Below the pieces are notes generated by a model. That model did not search any database. It was not told where the DNA came from and saw only the letters and a program-made list of their open reading frames with translations. Shown one piece after another: positions 50,342-62,252 of a stretch of DNA of 62,252 bases. The DNA lies in NCBI GenBank assembly GCA_030264375.1, contig JASCQW010000190.1, forward strand, positions 21,159,593 through 21,221,844. Direction: 5' to 3'. Position 1 is the stretch's first letter; the number at the start of each line of letters is the position of its first letter. Source of the DNA: Carcharhinus longimanus (Eukaryota). Position numbers and translations under genes: made by a program.

Positions 50342-50630
50342 AAAATCCCTACAGTGCAAAAAGAGGACATTCAGCCCATCCAGCCCGCACCAACAACAAT
50401 CCCATCCAGGTCCTATCCCCGTAACCCCATTATTTAATCCCCCTGACATTAAAGGGCAATCTAGCATGGCCAATCAACCTAATCTGCATATCTTTGGAGT
50501 ATGGGAGGAAACCGGTGCATCAGTAGGAAATCCACGCAGACAGGGGGACAACGTGCAGACCCCACAATCACCTGTGACTGGAATTGAACCCAGGTTCCTG
50601 GTGCTGTGAGGCTAACCATTGTGCCACCGT
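50342..50630 (-). mobile_element. HE1 SINE (CR1-type tail)
   Basis: Complete degenerate copy. Confidence 0.88.
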
Positions 50631-51959
50631 GTGAACGGTGTGGTGTCAAGGAAGGAAACCAAGGGAATAANNNNNNNNNNNNNNNNNNNNNNNNNNNNNN
50701 NNNNNNNNNNNNNNNNNNNNNNNNNNNNNNNNNNNNNNNNNNNNNNNNNNNNNNNNNNNNNNNNNNNNNNGGGCAATCCTCGACTGCGTGCAGGGGCTGC
50801 TGCATGTGGAGGCGGAGTAGGTGAAAGGCCTGCCTCAATGCACTGGCACTTTGTCAATGATTTGTGTTTTAGAAAAGCAATAAAACAAAAGACAGCATTT
50901 TTGTCCTTACCATTCACACACTCCCTATGCCACCTCATCCCCTCTGCATTCATCCATAACCCTCAGAATTCTCCATTACACCCCGTACCTCTAAACCCAA
51001 TCCCATAATCTTTCATAGATTCTTTGCCACAATCTCTCATACGTTCAATGCCAGCCTATGCCCCTCACCAATTTCTCAAACACTGCATGCCAACCTATCA
51101 TCGACCCAACCCCGTTGCCCATTATAGCCTCCATGGCAAATTTGTGGCAATTGATGCCAACACATTCCCCCCACATTTGAAAATACATATCATGTATTGT
51201 GTCTACACATAATTGAAATGTGCAATGCATAATTTTAGATTAAAAGCCAAGATGTAGTCAGCTGCTTAAAAAAAAGTCTTATTCCATTAAATGTGTTTAA
51301 ACTGCTTCAAGTGATTTCTCTTGGCTGTCTGACATTCAAAATATTTTCACAATAATGTCTGTCTGACATTTGTGGCTGGCTTTGCTGGAGTTAATTTTTA
51401 ACTACAATATTTCAGACAGATCTGCTAATCCTTTTTCTATGTGACTGCAGTTACAAGAAAGGGCTCAGAAATATTTTCTTTTTGCAAGAGTACCACATTT
51501 TCTCTTGTTTTAAATGAAATTGATTAACTGTATAGAGCTTGCCTGACCAATGTGCACACCATGACTCAAGCCCATTGCCAGTCTTGACATTAAATCTAAC
51601 AAGTTTCAAACAAGATTATCAGACTTTGAAGGGTTGGACTGCCATTAAGAAAAGCTTTTAGCCTCTCTAAGGATGCCACTGACAGGTTGTCTTCATGGCT
51701 GTTTCTCTTCTTTTGCTTATCTCCTTCTTTTATGTTTTTCACTGTTCATTCTTGTGTCTTTTACTTCTCTTTATTTCTCACTTTATTGCTTTGACTTTCT
51801 TTTTTTCTTTTCAACTCTTTTCCTTTGACTTTACTTTCTGCGGTGTTTGAATGCAAGATACTAGAGCTGGGTGGGCCTCCAGATTAGTTGGGCGGCGGGG
51901 GTGGGGGGGTGGTGTCGGTGTAAGGCTGCAAAACGGAATTTAAATTGAGCAGTTTACTG

Positions 51960-52205
51960 CAGCTGCGTGTGCAGAGTTGTCCTTGTCTTTGGCCAGTAAT
52001 CCTCCCTCAAACAACATCACCAAAATATTAATTAACTTGTCATTCATCGCGCAAGTGTTTGTGGGAAGTAGCTTAATGGGTGCCATGTTTGCTATGTAGC
52101 CGCAATAATTATACCTCAAAGTCTGATATTGTAGATGAAGTACTTTGAGATATTTCTGAGAGAAATGGTACCATGATGTTCAAATGTTCAGTTTGTTCTT
52201 TCTCT
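51960..52205 (+). mobile_element. Old DeuSINE fragment
   Basis: GTCTTTGGCCAGTAATCCTCCCTCAAACAACATCACCAAAA...GTTTGTGGGA. Confidence 0.6.
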
Positions 52206-52478
52206 TTCACCTCTCAGCTTAAGTTTCAGTTTTGTGGAGCCTGGCGTTTTGGTACTGTTTGATGCGTCATCTCATTTGAATTGACTTGGAACATCCCTTG
52301 GGCATAATGTAGAACAGTGCAATTCTGAATGGACTGTATACCTATGTCTGGTATTTTAAAAGAAATGTTTCTTAATGTTTGACACAAGATGAATCGTTAT
52401 CAAACACTGAATCAATTAATATTTTCATTTGACTCAAAAATGGCTACCTTGTATTTTCAGACTCTAAACTGACACATT

Positions 52479-52604
52479 GGGAGGAATTTCCCTGTCCCAC
52501 CCACCATGGGAATTGTAGTGGACGAGGGTAGACCATGCAAAGGTCCATTGACCTTGGGTGGAATTTTTTGGTTTTGGGGCTAGCATGGCTGAAAAATCCC
52601 ACCC
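52479..52604. mobile_element. About 125-bp MITE
   Basis: GGGAGGAATTTCC...CATGCAAAGGTCCATTGACC...AAAAATCCCACCC. Confidence 0.8.
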
Positions 52605-52724
52605 AACATTTTTGTTTCAATTAAATAATTAGTTCCTAGAATCATATGATCACGATTAAAACGGAAATAGATTGCACATCCTTGGCCAATAATTCCTACA
52701 TGTAATGATCTTCTGTAGAAGTAA

Positions 52725-53055
52725 GAAAGAACTTGCATCTAAATATTGCATTTTACATGCTCAAAATGCCTCAAAGAATTTCACAGCCAATAAATTAATT
52801 TGTAGTGTGGTCATTTTGTTTTATGTATTTACGTGTGTAATGAATTAGTGCGCAAGTACCTCATAAAGCTGTGAGATAAATAACCAGTTATTCTATTTTG
52901 ATTAATATGAAGACTTTGCCCAGGTCATTAGGAAAACTGTACTTGTATTTAAATGATGTCGTGGAATCTTTTACATCTACCTGAGCAAGCCTGGTACAAC
53001 ATCTCAGCCAAAAGACAGCATCTACAGCAGTTTAACAATCTCTCAATATCGAATT
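52725..53055 (-). mobile_element. SacSINE1-like DeuSINE
   Basis: AAGAAAGAACTTGCATCT...TTCACAGCCAAT...GGAATCTTTTACATCTACCTGAG. Confidence 0.7.
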
Positions 53056-53087
53056 ATATTAGGCATGCATGATAGCCAGTTATGATA

Positions 53088-53920
53088 CAGAGATGCTGGC
53101 GTTGGACTGGGGTAAACACACTAAGAAGTCTCACAACACCAGGTTTAAGTCCAACCAAGTTTATTTGATAGTAATCCCACAAGCTTTCGGAAACGGTGTT
53201 CCTTCGTCAGGTATGTGGAAGGTTCTGGTCAGAGAAAGGCATATAAAAACACACACAGTTTACAGAATACTGATTAGAATGCAAGTCTTTGCAGCTAACC
53301 TCCTATTCAAGTCTTAAAGATGCAGACAATGTGAGTGGAGATAGCATTAGCATAGGTTAAAGAGATGTGTATTATCTCCAGACAGGACAGTAAGTGAGAT
53401 TTTACAAGCCCAGGCAAGTCATGGGGGTTACAGATAGTGCGACATGATCCCCAGATCCCGGTAGAGGCCGTCCTCATGTGTGCGAAACTTGGCTATCAGT
53501 CTCTGCTCAGCGACTCTGCGCTGTGTGTCGTGAAGGCTGCCTTGGAGAATGCTTACCCGAAGATCAGAGACTAAATGCCCGTGACCGCTGAAGTGTTCGC
53601 CAACAGGGAGGGAACAGTTTTGCCTGGTGATTGTCGAGCGATATTCATTCATTGTCGTAGCATCTGCATGGTCTCCCCAGTGTACCATGCTTCGGGATAT
53701 CCTTTCCTGCAGCGTATTAGGTAGACAACGTTGGCTGAGTTGCAAGAGTATGTGCCGTGTACCTCGTGGATGGTGTCATCCATGTTGATGATCCGGCATG
53801 TCTTGCAGAGGTTGCTGTGGCAGGGTTGTGTGGTGTTGTGGTCACTGTTCTCCTGAAGTCTGGGTAGTTTGCTGCAAACAACGGTCTGTTTGAGGTTGCG
53901 CGGTTGTTTGAAGGCAAGTT
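53088..53920 (-). mobile_element. Penelope-like element 3' part: GIY-YIG endonuclease remnant plus pseudo-LTR
   Basis: EYRSTITRQNCSLPVGEHFSGHGHLVSDLRVSILQG...EQRLIAKFRTHEDGLYRDLG, with a CCHH-type linker upstream (PCHSNLCKTCRIIN). Confidence 0.92.
53175..53219 (-). ncRNA. Minimal type-I hammerhead ribozyme motif in the Penelope pseudo-LTR
   Basis: CACATAC-CTGACGA-A-GGAA-CACCGT-TTCC-GAAA-GC-TT-GTGG: both catalytic boxes, a 4-bp stem II and palindromic AAGCTT at stem III. Confidence 0.75.
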
Positions 53921-54849
53921 CTCTACACTGTGCCTCAATACAATGTTGGGCACGGATGGCAAATAAAAATGATGATGGGCAAAGCCACGAGACCTCTCAG
54001 AACAGAGGGGAGTCCCTTGCGTTGAGTCATTTGGAGAACTGTTCCACTTCAGCTCCCCTCTATTTTCTTGGCCCCCACCGCCTCTACATCTGGGGCTGGA
54101 AACATTCAGTCCTTTGATTCTCACCTACAATTTACAACTTAGCAAGTCTGCTGATCTTGGAGGTGCCAATAAAAGTGGGTATAGGCACTTACTCACAGGA
54201 GGAAATAAGAAACATTGAACTGATGTCTAGAACTTCCCAGCATTGGGCTCAGAGGTAATAGCCTTAATTTAGTGTTTTAAAAAAAAACAGATGATCCTAT
54301 TACATTTTTGATTCTGGCGAAGAAGTGCTGCAATTCGTTTAATTTTTGTGACAGAACTCGGCTAAAACATTATGGCATTGAAAGCTGATCAGGCCTGCAA
54401 ACAGGCGCACCCAGGGACCATGTGAAATTGGTGTTGGCAGCTCATTATAATGATTTAGGCGTGCAGCCAGCACTCCCCATTATTATTCATTGGCTGCGTG
54501 TCTGTTTCACTGGTCAGGAAATTGTGCATCTCTGACGCCATTTAAAGACAGCCAATGCCTCTGAAAGGGGGAGGTGCGCCCTGGCTGCAGACAAAGGGAA
54601 ATTTCTGAGACTGAAAGCAATGGCTGGAGTGATCACCCAGGCTCTCTGGTGTTGCATTAGAACCAGTTTGTCCAACTGGCAAGCCGCAGGCTAGATTGTG
54701 GCCCCCGGAGCCAGTTTACAAAATGCTGGTCCAACTGTTTAGGTGAATGTTCTGCAAGGAACTGTATCATAATTCTTGTTCACCAGTTAAGGTTAAAAAA
54801 TAATAATGGCATACTTATTTACAGGTAAAGGCTGTATCAGAACCTCCTC

Positions 54850-55120
54850 AGGAGTTCAGCTAATGATCTGAGGACGTGGGTTCGAATCCTGCCGCAGCAG
54901 ATGGTGAATTTGAATTCAATAAAAAATCTACTGATGACCATGAAGCCATTGTTGATTGTTGTAAAACCCATCTGGCTCACCAACGTCCTTTAGGGAAGGA
55001 AATCTACCTGGTCTGGACTATATGTTACTCCAGAGCCACAGCAATGTAGTTGACAATGTGGGATGGGCAATAAGTGCTGGCCAGCCAGCAATGCCCATGT
55101 CCCATGAATGAATTTAAAAA
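54850..55120 (+). mobile_element. tRNA-derived SINE, same family as 38195
   Basis: B box GGTTCGAATCC, core CCTTTAGGGAAGGAAATCT, tail GGGATGGGCAATAAGTGCTGGCCAGCCAGCAATGCCCATGTCCCATGAATGAAT. Confidence 0.85.
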
Positions 55121-55529
55121 CACCCTGTCGGAACAATGTGACAGGGATAAGGGTGCACAAGGAATTGCACAGTGATGATTCTTAATTACTCTTGCTCAAT
55201 ATTAGACAAGATTGCATTAAGCTGATGAATCGTCCTGGGTCTGGCATTGGTATTAACATTTGCACTGAGGTAGGGGCAAGACTGAAAACACAGGACTGGA
55301 GAAAGAGATGGTGATAACCAGATGAGAGTGGTAATGTTTGCGGAACTGTTGATTTATTTGTAATAAAAGGAATAATTCACATGAAGCGATCATGGAGGAA
55401 CTGCATCTATGAGCTCTGGCAGTAGAGGCCCTGGTGTTGTTGTCCATGCTCTTCTGGCACCTCTAGTTCCTGCTCCTCTTTCTCTTGCTGCACCACACTG
55501 CCCAACTATTGGTAGGAATGCAACCCCCT

Positions 55530-55801
55530 GACATCTGTCACACCATTGATCGCTAAGGTTGATTTGGCTGATCTGGCTGTCCCGCTTCCCTCACAGCTTC
55601 ATGTGCGTCCCTCCCAAAGCTCAGCGCTCGGTCGCAGAGGATGACCCCCTAGAAGAGGATCGCTCTGCCGGTCTACAGTAAATGATGTAGTTACACTCCC
55701 CTGCTAGGCTAAACCTCCAAGATCATTTGTAGGGATGATGTCGGGAAGTCAAGCTCCAAGACTTCATGATGATGAAGTTATGCAGCAGGCAACAAGTTTT
55801 T
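55530..55801 (+). pseudogene. RN7SK: 7SK snRNA pseudogene (5'-truncated, internal deletions)
   Basis: Collinear blocks match vertebrate 7SK: GACATCTGTCAC-CCATTGATCGC-GGTTGATT-GGCTGATCTGGCTG, CATGTGCGTCCCTCCC-AAGCT-GCGCTCGGTCG-AGAGGA, CTCCCCTGCTAG-AACCTCCAA, CATTTGTAGG, AGTCAAGCTCCAAGACT, then a T run. Confidence 0.9.
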
Positions 55802-56084
55802 ATAACTGGTCAGGGCCATGCTAAAAAGCTCCTCATGAACATGCTGACTCCTTGATGTCCCTCCTGGTAGCAGTATGGCTGTTGTTCCAGGACACCACAA
55901 AGAAATGAACCAATAGCCTAAAAGAACAACAAGTCACTAATATTTATGTGATGGATAAGTTTGTTAAATAGTGTCACTGGAGGGTCTTTGCTGCCTGCAG
56001 AGTTGCTGTTTAATCATGTGGTGAGTCAGGTGCTGGAGAGAACCAATTCTATATAAAAATATTACAACAATGACTCTTAATGAG

Positions 56085-57140
56085 ATTTTGATGGGTGTCC
56101 TGGCACAGCTAGCATTTGTTACCCATCTTGGATTGTCCTTCAGAAGGTGGTGGTGAACCACCTTCCTGAACTGATGTTTTCTGGGATGTAGTTGTCACTG
56201 GCTAGGCCAAGGACTGCACATCCCTAATTGCCCTCGAGAAGTGGTGACGAGCCGTGGTCTGGAATTGCTGCAGTCCAAGTCATGGAGGCACACCCACAGT
56301 GTTGTTAGCAAGGGATTTCCAGGATTCTGACCCAGGGTCAGTGAAGCAATGGTGATATAATTCCAAATCACAAGGTGAAGTTCCCATGCAACTGCTTCCC
56401 TGAACTGCGAGTGTTAGAGGTCATGTGTTGGAGAGAATAGGTCGTAAAAACTGCAGTGCATCTGGTAGATGGTACACACTGCAGCCATACTGTGTCGGCA
56501 TTGGAGGGAGTGAATGTTTAAAAAGTGCAGGGGATTTTGGCCCTTATTTGTGCCTCATAGGTGGTGCCTTGGGGAAGTAGAAAGACGACACACTCATTGC
56601 AGAATTCCTAACTCCTTTTGTAGCCATAGTATTTATATTGCTGGTCTAGTCAAATTTCTGGTCAATGTTCACATCCCCAGGATATTAGTAATAGGGGATA
56701 CAATGATGGTAATGTCATTGAAAGTCAGGAGATTCTCTTGTCAGAGATAGTCATTGCCTGGCAATAGTATGGTGCAAATGTTACCTGTCACTCATTATTC
56801 AGGCCTGGATGTTGTTCAAGCCTCAGTGCATGCAGCTGCGTACTACTTCATTATTCTCCGGGATTTGTCTTGCTTTTTGTGGAAATACCCAGGCAATTTT
56901 CCACTTTGTCGGGTAGCTGCCAGTGTTGTAGCTGTGCAGGGCAGGTTGACTAAGGATGCAGCTAGTTCTGGAACACATCCTCGGCATTACAGCTGGAGAG
57001 TTGCCAGAGTTTGTAGCCATTGTTGTATCCAGTGCGCTTGACTGTTTCTTGCTATCACATGGGATGAATTGAATTATTGCAGTGTTCTGTGATGGTGGGG
57101 ACCTTAACAGGAAGCCAGGATGAATTAATTACTCGCTCAG
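56085..57140 (-). mobile_element. Decayed CR1/L2-group LINE (non-HER1)
   Basis: Tail at about 56100-56260 and RT-proximal motif SYNTGSYPTKWKIAWVFP. Confidence 0.75.
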
Positions 57141-57637
57141 CATTTCTGGCCAAAATTAATTGCAAATGCGTCAGGCCTGGCTTCTCNNNNNNNNNNNNNN
57201 NNNNNNNNNNNNNNNNNNNNNNNNNNNNNNNNNNNNNNNNNNNNNNNNNNNNNNNNNNNNNNNNNNNNNNNNNNNNNNNNNNNNNNATTGCAAATTCGTC
57301 AGGCCTGGCTTCTCCACTCACATCTTGAGCTTTGACATCACTCGTTGGGGGGGGGTGGGGGGCTGGTAATATGGGACAGGGGAATTGGGACCCTGATCAA
57401 GGTAACTTCTCTTCCTACAGTTTGTGGTTTGATTGTCCACCACCTTACTGAGTGGATGAGATAGGATTGTAGAAATTTGATCTGATTAGTTGGTTGTGGT
57501 TTTGCTGAGCATGGTCTATCAGATGCAGTTCCTTCCACTGCTTGGCATGAATGTAGTCCTGTGTTGACTATTTTATTAATTCATAGGATATGAGTTGCCA
57601 GCATTCATTGGCAACTCAAATTTCCTTTGAGAAGGTA

Positions 57638-58195
57638 AGACCATAAGACATAGGAGCAGAGATAAATCATTGGGTCCATTGAGTCTGCTCCGCCATTTAA
57701 TGAGATCATGACTGATCTGATGTAATAATCCTCAATTCCACTTTCCCATTTTATCCCCATAACCCTTGGTTCCTTTACTGATCCAAAATCTATCTATCTC
57801 AGCCTTGAACATACTTAAATCCCCAATTTCCACAGCCCTTTGCGATAAACAATTCCAGAGATTCACCACTCTCTAAGAGAAGAAATTTCTCCTTATCTCT
57901 GTCTAAATGGGCAACTCATTACACTGCGATTGTACCCTTTGGTCTTAGACTCTCCCACAAAGGGGAAACAATCTCTCAGTATCTACCGTCAAACCTCCTG
58001 AGAATCCTATATGTCTCAATAAAGTCACCCCTCATTCTGCTAAACTCAGCAGAATACAGGCCCAGCTTACTCAATCTCTCCTTATAAGAAATTCCCTCCA
58101 TATTGAGGATCAACCTAATGAACATTCTCTGGACTGCCTTTAATGTCAAGATATCTTTCTTTAGATAAAAGGACTTACTGTTCACAGTATACCAG
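57638..58195 (-). mobile_element. CR1 (HER1-like) 3' fragment
   Basis: LKAVQRMFIRLI..MEGISYKERLSKLGLYS.EFSRMRGDFIETYRIL with tail AAGACCATAAGACATAGGAGCAGA. Confidence 0.9.
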
Positions 58196-58884
58196 ATAGT
58201 GGGGAGTCGCCTTCTTATAGTCCAGATGGTGTAGGAAAGGAGAGCAAATCCATTCACCCATAGTGGTGTTAAGAAGGAATTTCTAATTTTTGACCCAGTG
58301 ACATTGAGGTAATGGCTATTTAGTTCTAAGTCAGAATGGTATATGACTTGGAGAAACTTGCAAGTGGTGGTGTTCCCATGTGCCTTCTGTTCTTGTTCTT
58401 TGAGGCAGTGGAAGCCACAGCTTTAGAACATGCTGCTGGAGGAGCTTTTGTGAGTTGCTGTAGGTGATACAAATTGCTGCCACTGTGCACCGGTGTTGGA
58501 GGGAAGAAGTATTTAAGCAGATGAATGATCTACCAATCTAGTGGATTGCTTTGTCCTGGAAGGTGTCAAGCTCCTCAAGTGTTGCTGGAGATGCACTCAA
58601 TCAGGCAAGTGGACAGTATTCCATCACACTCCTGACTTATGACTTATAGATGACAGAAACACTTTGGGAATTCAGGAAGTATTCATTGCAGAATACTTAG
58701 CTTCTGACCTGTTCTTATAGCCACAGTATTTATTTGGCTGGTCCAGTTGATGGTAGGAGATCAAGCAATGGTACTGCAGTTGAATGTCAAGGAAAAACAA
58801 TTATATTCTCTCTAGTTGAAGATGGTCATTGCCTGGCATTTTTGTGGTATGAATGTCACTTGCCATTTATGAACACGATGTGGA

Positions 58885-58980
58885 GTTGCCAGCATTGGAC
58901 TGGGATAGACACAGTAAGAAGTCTCACAACACCAGGTTTATTTGGTAGCATGAGCTTTCGGAGTGCTGCCCATTCATCAT
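58885..58980 (-). mobile_element. Penelope 3'-end fragment with a partial hammerhead
   Basis: TTGGACTGGG...CACAGTAAGAAGTCTCACAACACCAGGTTT...AGCTTTCGGAGTGCTGCCCATTCATCA. Confidence 0.8.
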
Positions 58981-59299
58981 TTATTAAGACAAGTGTTCTC
59001 CAGGTCTTGCCGCATGTGGGCAAAAACTGCTTCAGTATTGGAGGAGTTGTGAATGGTACTGACATCATCAACAATAATCTCCACTTCTGATCATATGATG
59101 GAGGGATGGTGAATGATGAAATAGCTGAAGATATTAAGCTCCAGAATACAATCCTGAAGAATTTCTGCAGCAATGTCCTGGGGTTGAAATTTTTTTTTCA
59201 CTTACCTTCACACACACACTGTTTTTTGCTTTGTGGAATAGTGGGGAAGCGGTGGAAGGATTCCCAAGTTGATTATCAGCCCATTGAACTGCATTATGA

Positions 59300-59395
59300 A
59301 TGCTCCTTCCGTGGCCAACAAGTCCTGGTGTTCGACTCGAACCGGGAGTTTCTGGTCCAGAGGTAGGGGGTGCTACCATTGTGCTACAAGGCCCT
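59300..59395 (-). mobile_element. tRNA-derived SINE head fragment
   Basis: Minus strand TGTAGCACAATGGTAGC (A box) ... GGTTCGAGTCG (B box). Confidence 0.6.
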
Positions 59396-60842
59396 CTTGT
59401 TGAAATGATTGATTTTCAACAACCACCTTCCTTTATGCCAGGAATGACTCCAACCAGTGCAGAATTTTACCCCTGACTATCATTCCAATATTACTAGGAC
59501 TCCTTCTTGTCATATTTGTCAAATAATCCCTAGATGTTAAGGGCAATCATTCTCACCTCACCTCCAAAAATTCAGCTCTTCTCTCCATATTCGGACCTAA
59601 TGGAACAGATGGAAAGGGATAATTGGTTAGATTGCTATGGTCCTGCTTTTTGTGGATGAAATGTACCTGGGCAGTTTTTCACTTTGCCAGGTAGATGTCA
59701 GTGTTGTAGGTCTACTGGAACAGTTTGACTAGGTGCATGCTAGTTCTGGAGAGCACATTTTCAGTACTGTAGCATACTTTTTATTGTATTCAGTGACTTT
59801 GGCCTTTTCCTGATGTTACGCGGAGTGAATCAAATTGTCTGAAATAGACACCTGTGATGCTGGAGACCTCAAAAAGAGGCTGAACTGGATCATCCACACG
59901 GCACCTGTGGCTAAAGGAAGCCTTGTCTTTTACACTCGTATGCTGGCTCTCTAATCATTAAAGATAGGGAGATCTGTGGAAATTTGTTCTTTATTTAATT
60001 GTTCACCACCATTCACAACAGGATGGGGCAGGGGCTGCAGAGCTCAGATCTGATCCATTGTTTATACGATCGCTTAGTATTACAGATCACATGCTGCTTC
60101 TGCTGTTTAGCTTCATGCAGTCCTTTCTTATCTTAGCTTCACTAAGTTGGTACTTCATTTTTAATTATGTCTGGTGCATGCTTTTCTGAACTCCCCATTG
60201 AAGTAAGGTTGATCCCCTGGCTTGATGTTAATGATGAAGTAAGGGATATGTCAGGCCATGAGGTTACAAATTGTGGTAGAATACAATTCTGCTGCTGCAC
60301 CATTGGATACCTGGTTCTGAGCTCCTTGATCTCTCCTGAATCTGTCCCATTTAGCAAGGTGATACTGCCACATGACTTGAAGGGTGTATTTGGTTTGAAG
60401 ACAGGGCTTTATCTTCACACGTACTGTGTGATGATCACCTCTACCAAAACTGGCTTGGGCAGATACATGTGTAACAGATGGATTGGTGAGGATGAAGTCA
60501 AGTAGATTTTTCCCTCTTGTTGGTTCTCACATTGGCTACCAATGACCCAGTCTAGCGTATATACAATTCAAGATTTGCCAACCAATTCTCTCTAGGTGAT
60601 CAACATTGAAATGTCCTATCAGAGAACATTCTGCATATTTGTTTCCTCACTGCTACTTCAAAGTGATGTTCAACATGGAAGAATGCTGATTTATCAGCTG
60701 AGGGGAGATGGGAACGCAGTGAGATCTTCCTAGACTGTGTTTGACCTGATACCATGAGAATTCATAATGTTGAGAGTCAATGTTGATTCGCTTATAATTG
60801 TGTAGTGCTGTGACACCACCTCTGGCACTTCTCTTGTTGGTT

Positions 60843-61170
60843 TCATAGATTCATTAAGTCACTATTGCACAGAAGGAAACTAATTGGTCCAGCAAATCTC
60901 GATAGAGACTCTTTATAGAGCAACCCAATCAATTCCATTCCTCTGTTCTATGCCCATGGTCCTTCAAATTTATTTAAAATTTTCTTTTGAAGTCATTCAA
61001 TGTTTTTGCTTCCATCACCCTGATGAGCAGTGAAATCCAGGTCATTGCCACTTGCTGCACAGAAAACATCTTCCTCACATCCTCTGAATCTCTTGCTCAA
61101 CCTTCAAATCTGTCTCCACTTGTCCCCTTGTACCATCAGCTTTTCTTTGTCCATTGAAACCTGTCACATC
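60843..61170 (-). mobile_element. Old CR1 3' fragment
   Basis: CATAGA...GCACAGAAGGAA tail and GCAGTGAAATCCAGGTCATTGCCACTTGCTGCACAGAAAACATCTTCCTCACAT. Confidence 0.6.
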
Positions 61171-61199
61171 CACACCATCACTAAGACTGCCTGTTTCTT

Positions 61200-61770
61200 G
61201 TGACAGGTCTAGATCAGTCAGAAGTCACTTTGTGAACAGTCTGGTTCAGCCTCAGGCAGAGGGGTGGAGTTGGTAGCTAGGGAATGGGATATGGAGCAAG
61301 AATGAAAACAATGGCTTCAAGTCTTCCCGATATTTAATTGGTAGAAATTCATTTTCACCCTGTACAGCATGTCTGATAATTTAGTAACAATGGTAATGTC
61401 AAGAGAGGTGATGGTGAGGTGGAGCTAGGTATAATATATGTGAAAACTAACGGTGTGTTTTAGATGATGTCTCTGAGTGGCAGCTTAGTAGATGAAAAAT
61501 AGAGGGCCAAGGATAAACCATTGTGATCATCGGAGATAATGGAAAAGGAACAGGAAAGTTAACTGCTGCAAGTGATCTTTAGCTACAACTGGATAGCTGA
61601 GCATGAAACCAGGCAAGTGCAGTCGCAGCCAGTTGGACAACCGAAGGGTGGTGTTAGAGAAGGATGATGTGGTCAACCTTGTCAATGGCTCCTCATCAAG
61701 AAGGATGAGGCGGGACAGTTTACCTTAGTTGCAGTTACACTGAATGTCATTTATGATTTTGGGACAGAGC
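61200..61770 (-). mobile_element. L2 LINE RT fragment
   Basis: Degenerate minus translation ILGPLFFIY..LPLRDII.KHTVSFHIY...QLNIGKT..AIVF. Confidence 0.7.
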
Positions 61771-62252
61771 ACACTGGGATGGTGATGGAGAAGCCCGGGA
61801 TGTTGCCTGAAGGGGATGATTTTGTGAGCAGGCGGAGAGCTGACGTGCATCATTAAAGATCCTATTAAGCGCCTTTTTCTGAGGCTGTAGAAATGTTGCT
61901 GTTAGTGGGGGGATTTCCCGTCACTTTGGAAGACTGCCAGCCTCATAGTGGCAGATTCCAGTCACAGATTCCATCCCTGCAAAGACCCTGGAGCTCCAAG
62001 CTGCACAGAGGAGTCCGCAAACAAAACAAGCAATTTCTGCAACCCAAAGGCCTTCCTGGAGGGGTTTACGGTGCAATCAGCTTTCCCTCTTGGCCATCCT
62101 GAATTTGAATTCATACTTACCTCAATGAAGGTGCCAGTATCTTGAGTTGCCCCTGAGGTCACAGACCTGCTTCAGCAATGCCCACCTCACCCAGTGGCTA
62201 TAGAGCTGCAGAGTTGCCAGCCCTCTGGCAGCACAAGGATCTGCTCGTCCCC

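Larger units (their letters stand above)
57570..60790 (-). mobile_element. Long decayed CR1/L2-group LINE with nested CR1, Penelope and SINE fragments
   Basis: Tail at 57570-57637 resumes at about 58200. The APE motif KNLLDFILTN lies at about 60480-60512. Confidence 0.75.

Noticed and set aside
57158-57314. Duplicated ATTGCAAAT(G/T)CGTCAGGCCTGGCTTCTC on both sides of a gap (likewise 18810-18945)
   Set aside because: Typical scaffolding overlap artefact around roughly 100-N gaps, not a biological repeat.

Overview
Eukaryotic, repeat-rich, non-coding DNA from a cartilaginous fish. This is inferred from HE1/V-SINE-type SINEs, HER1/CR1 LINEs and SacSINE1-like DeuSINEs. The scaffold has many N gaps. 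No intact host protein-coding gene could be recognised; every interpretable ORF is a decayed transposon fragment. Main content: a decayed full-structure Gypsy LTR element (24164-29417) with nested insertions; CR1, Rex1/Babar, L2 and another CR1/L2-group LINE; a Penelope GIY-YIG fragment and short derivatives carrying hammerhead-ribozyme motifs; Harbinger transposase and Myb/SANT remnants with related MITEs; about 16 V-SINE copies with two alternative 3' tails; a U2 snRNA 5' fragment fused to a Keno-like 5' end; and a 7SK retro-pseudogene. Two TE-poor blocks (about 740-7950 and 35900-38190) may hold conserved non-coding elements. Repeat boundaries were read by eye and are approximate.
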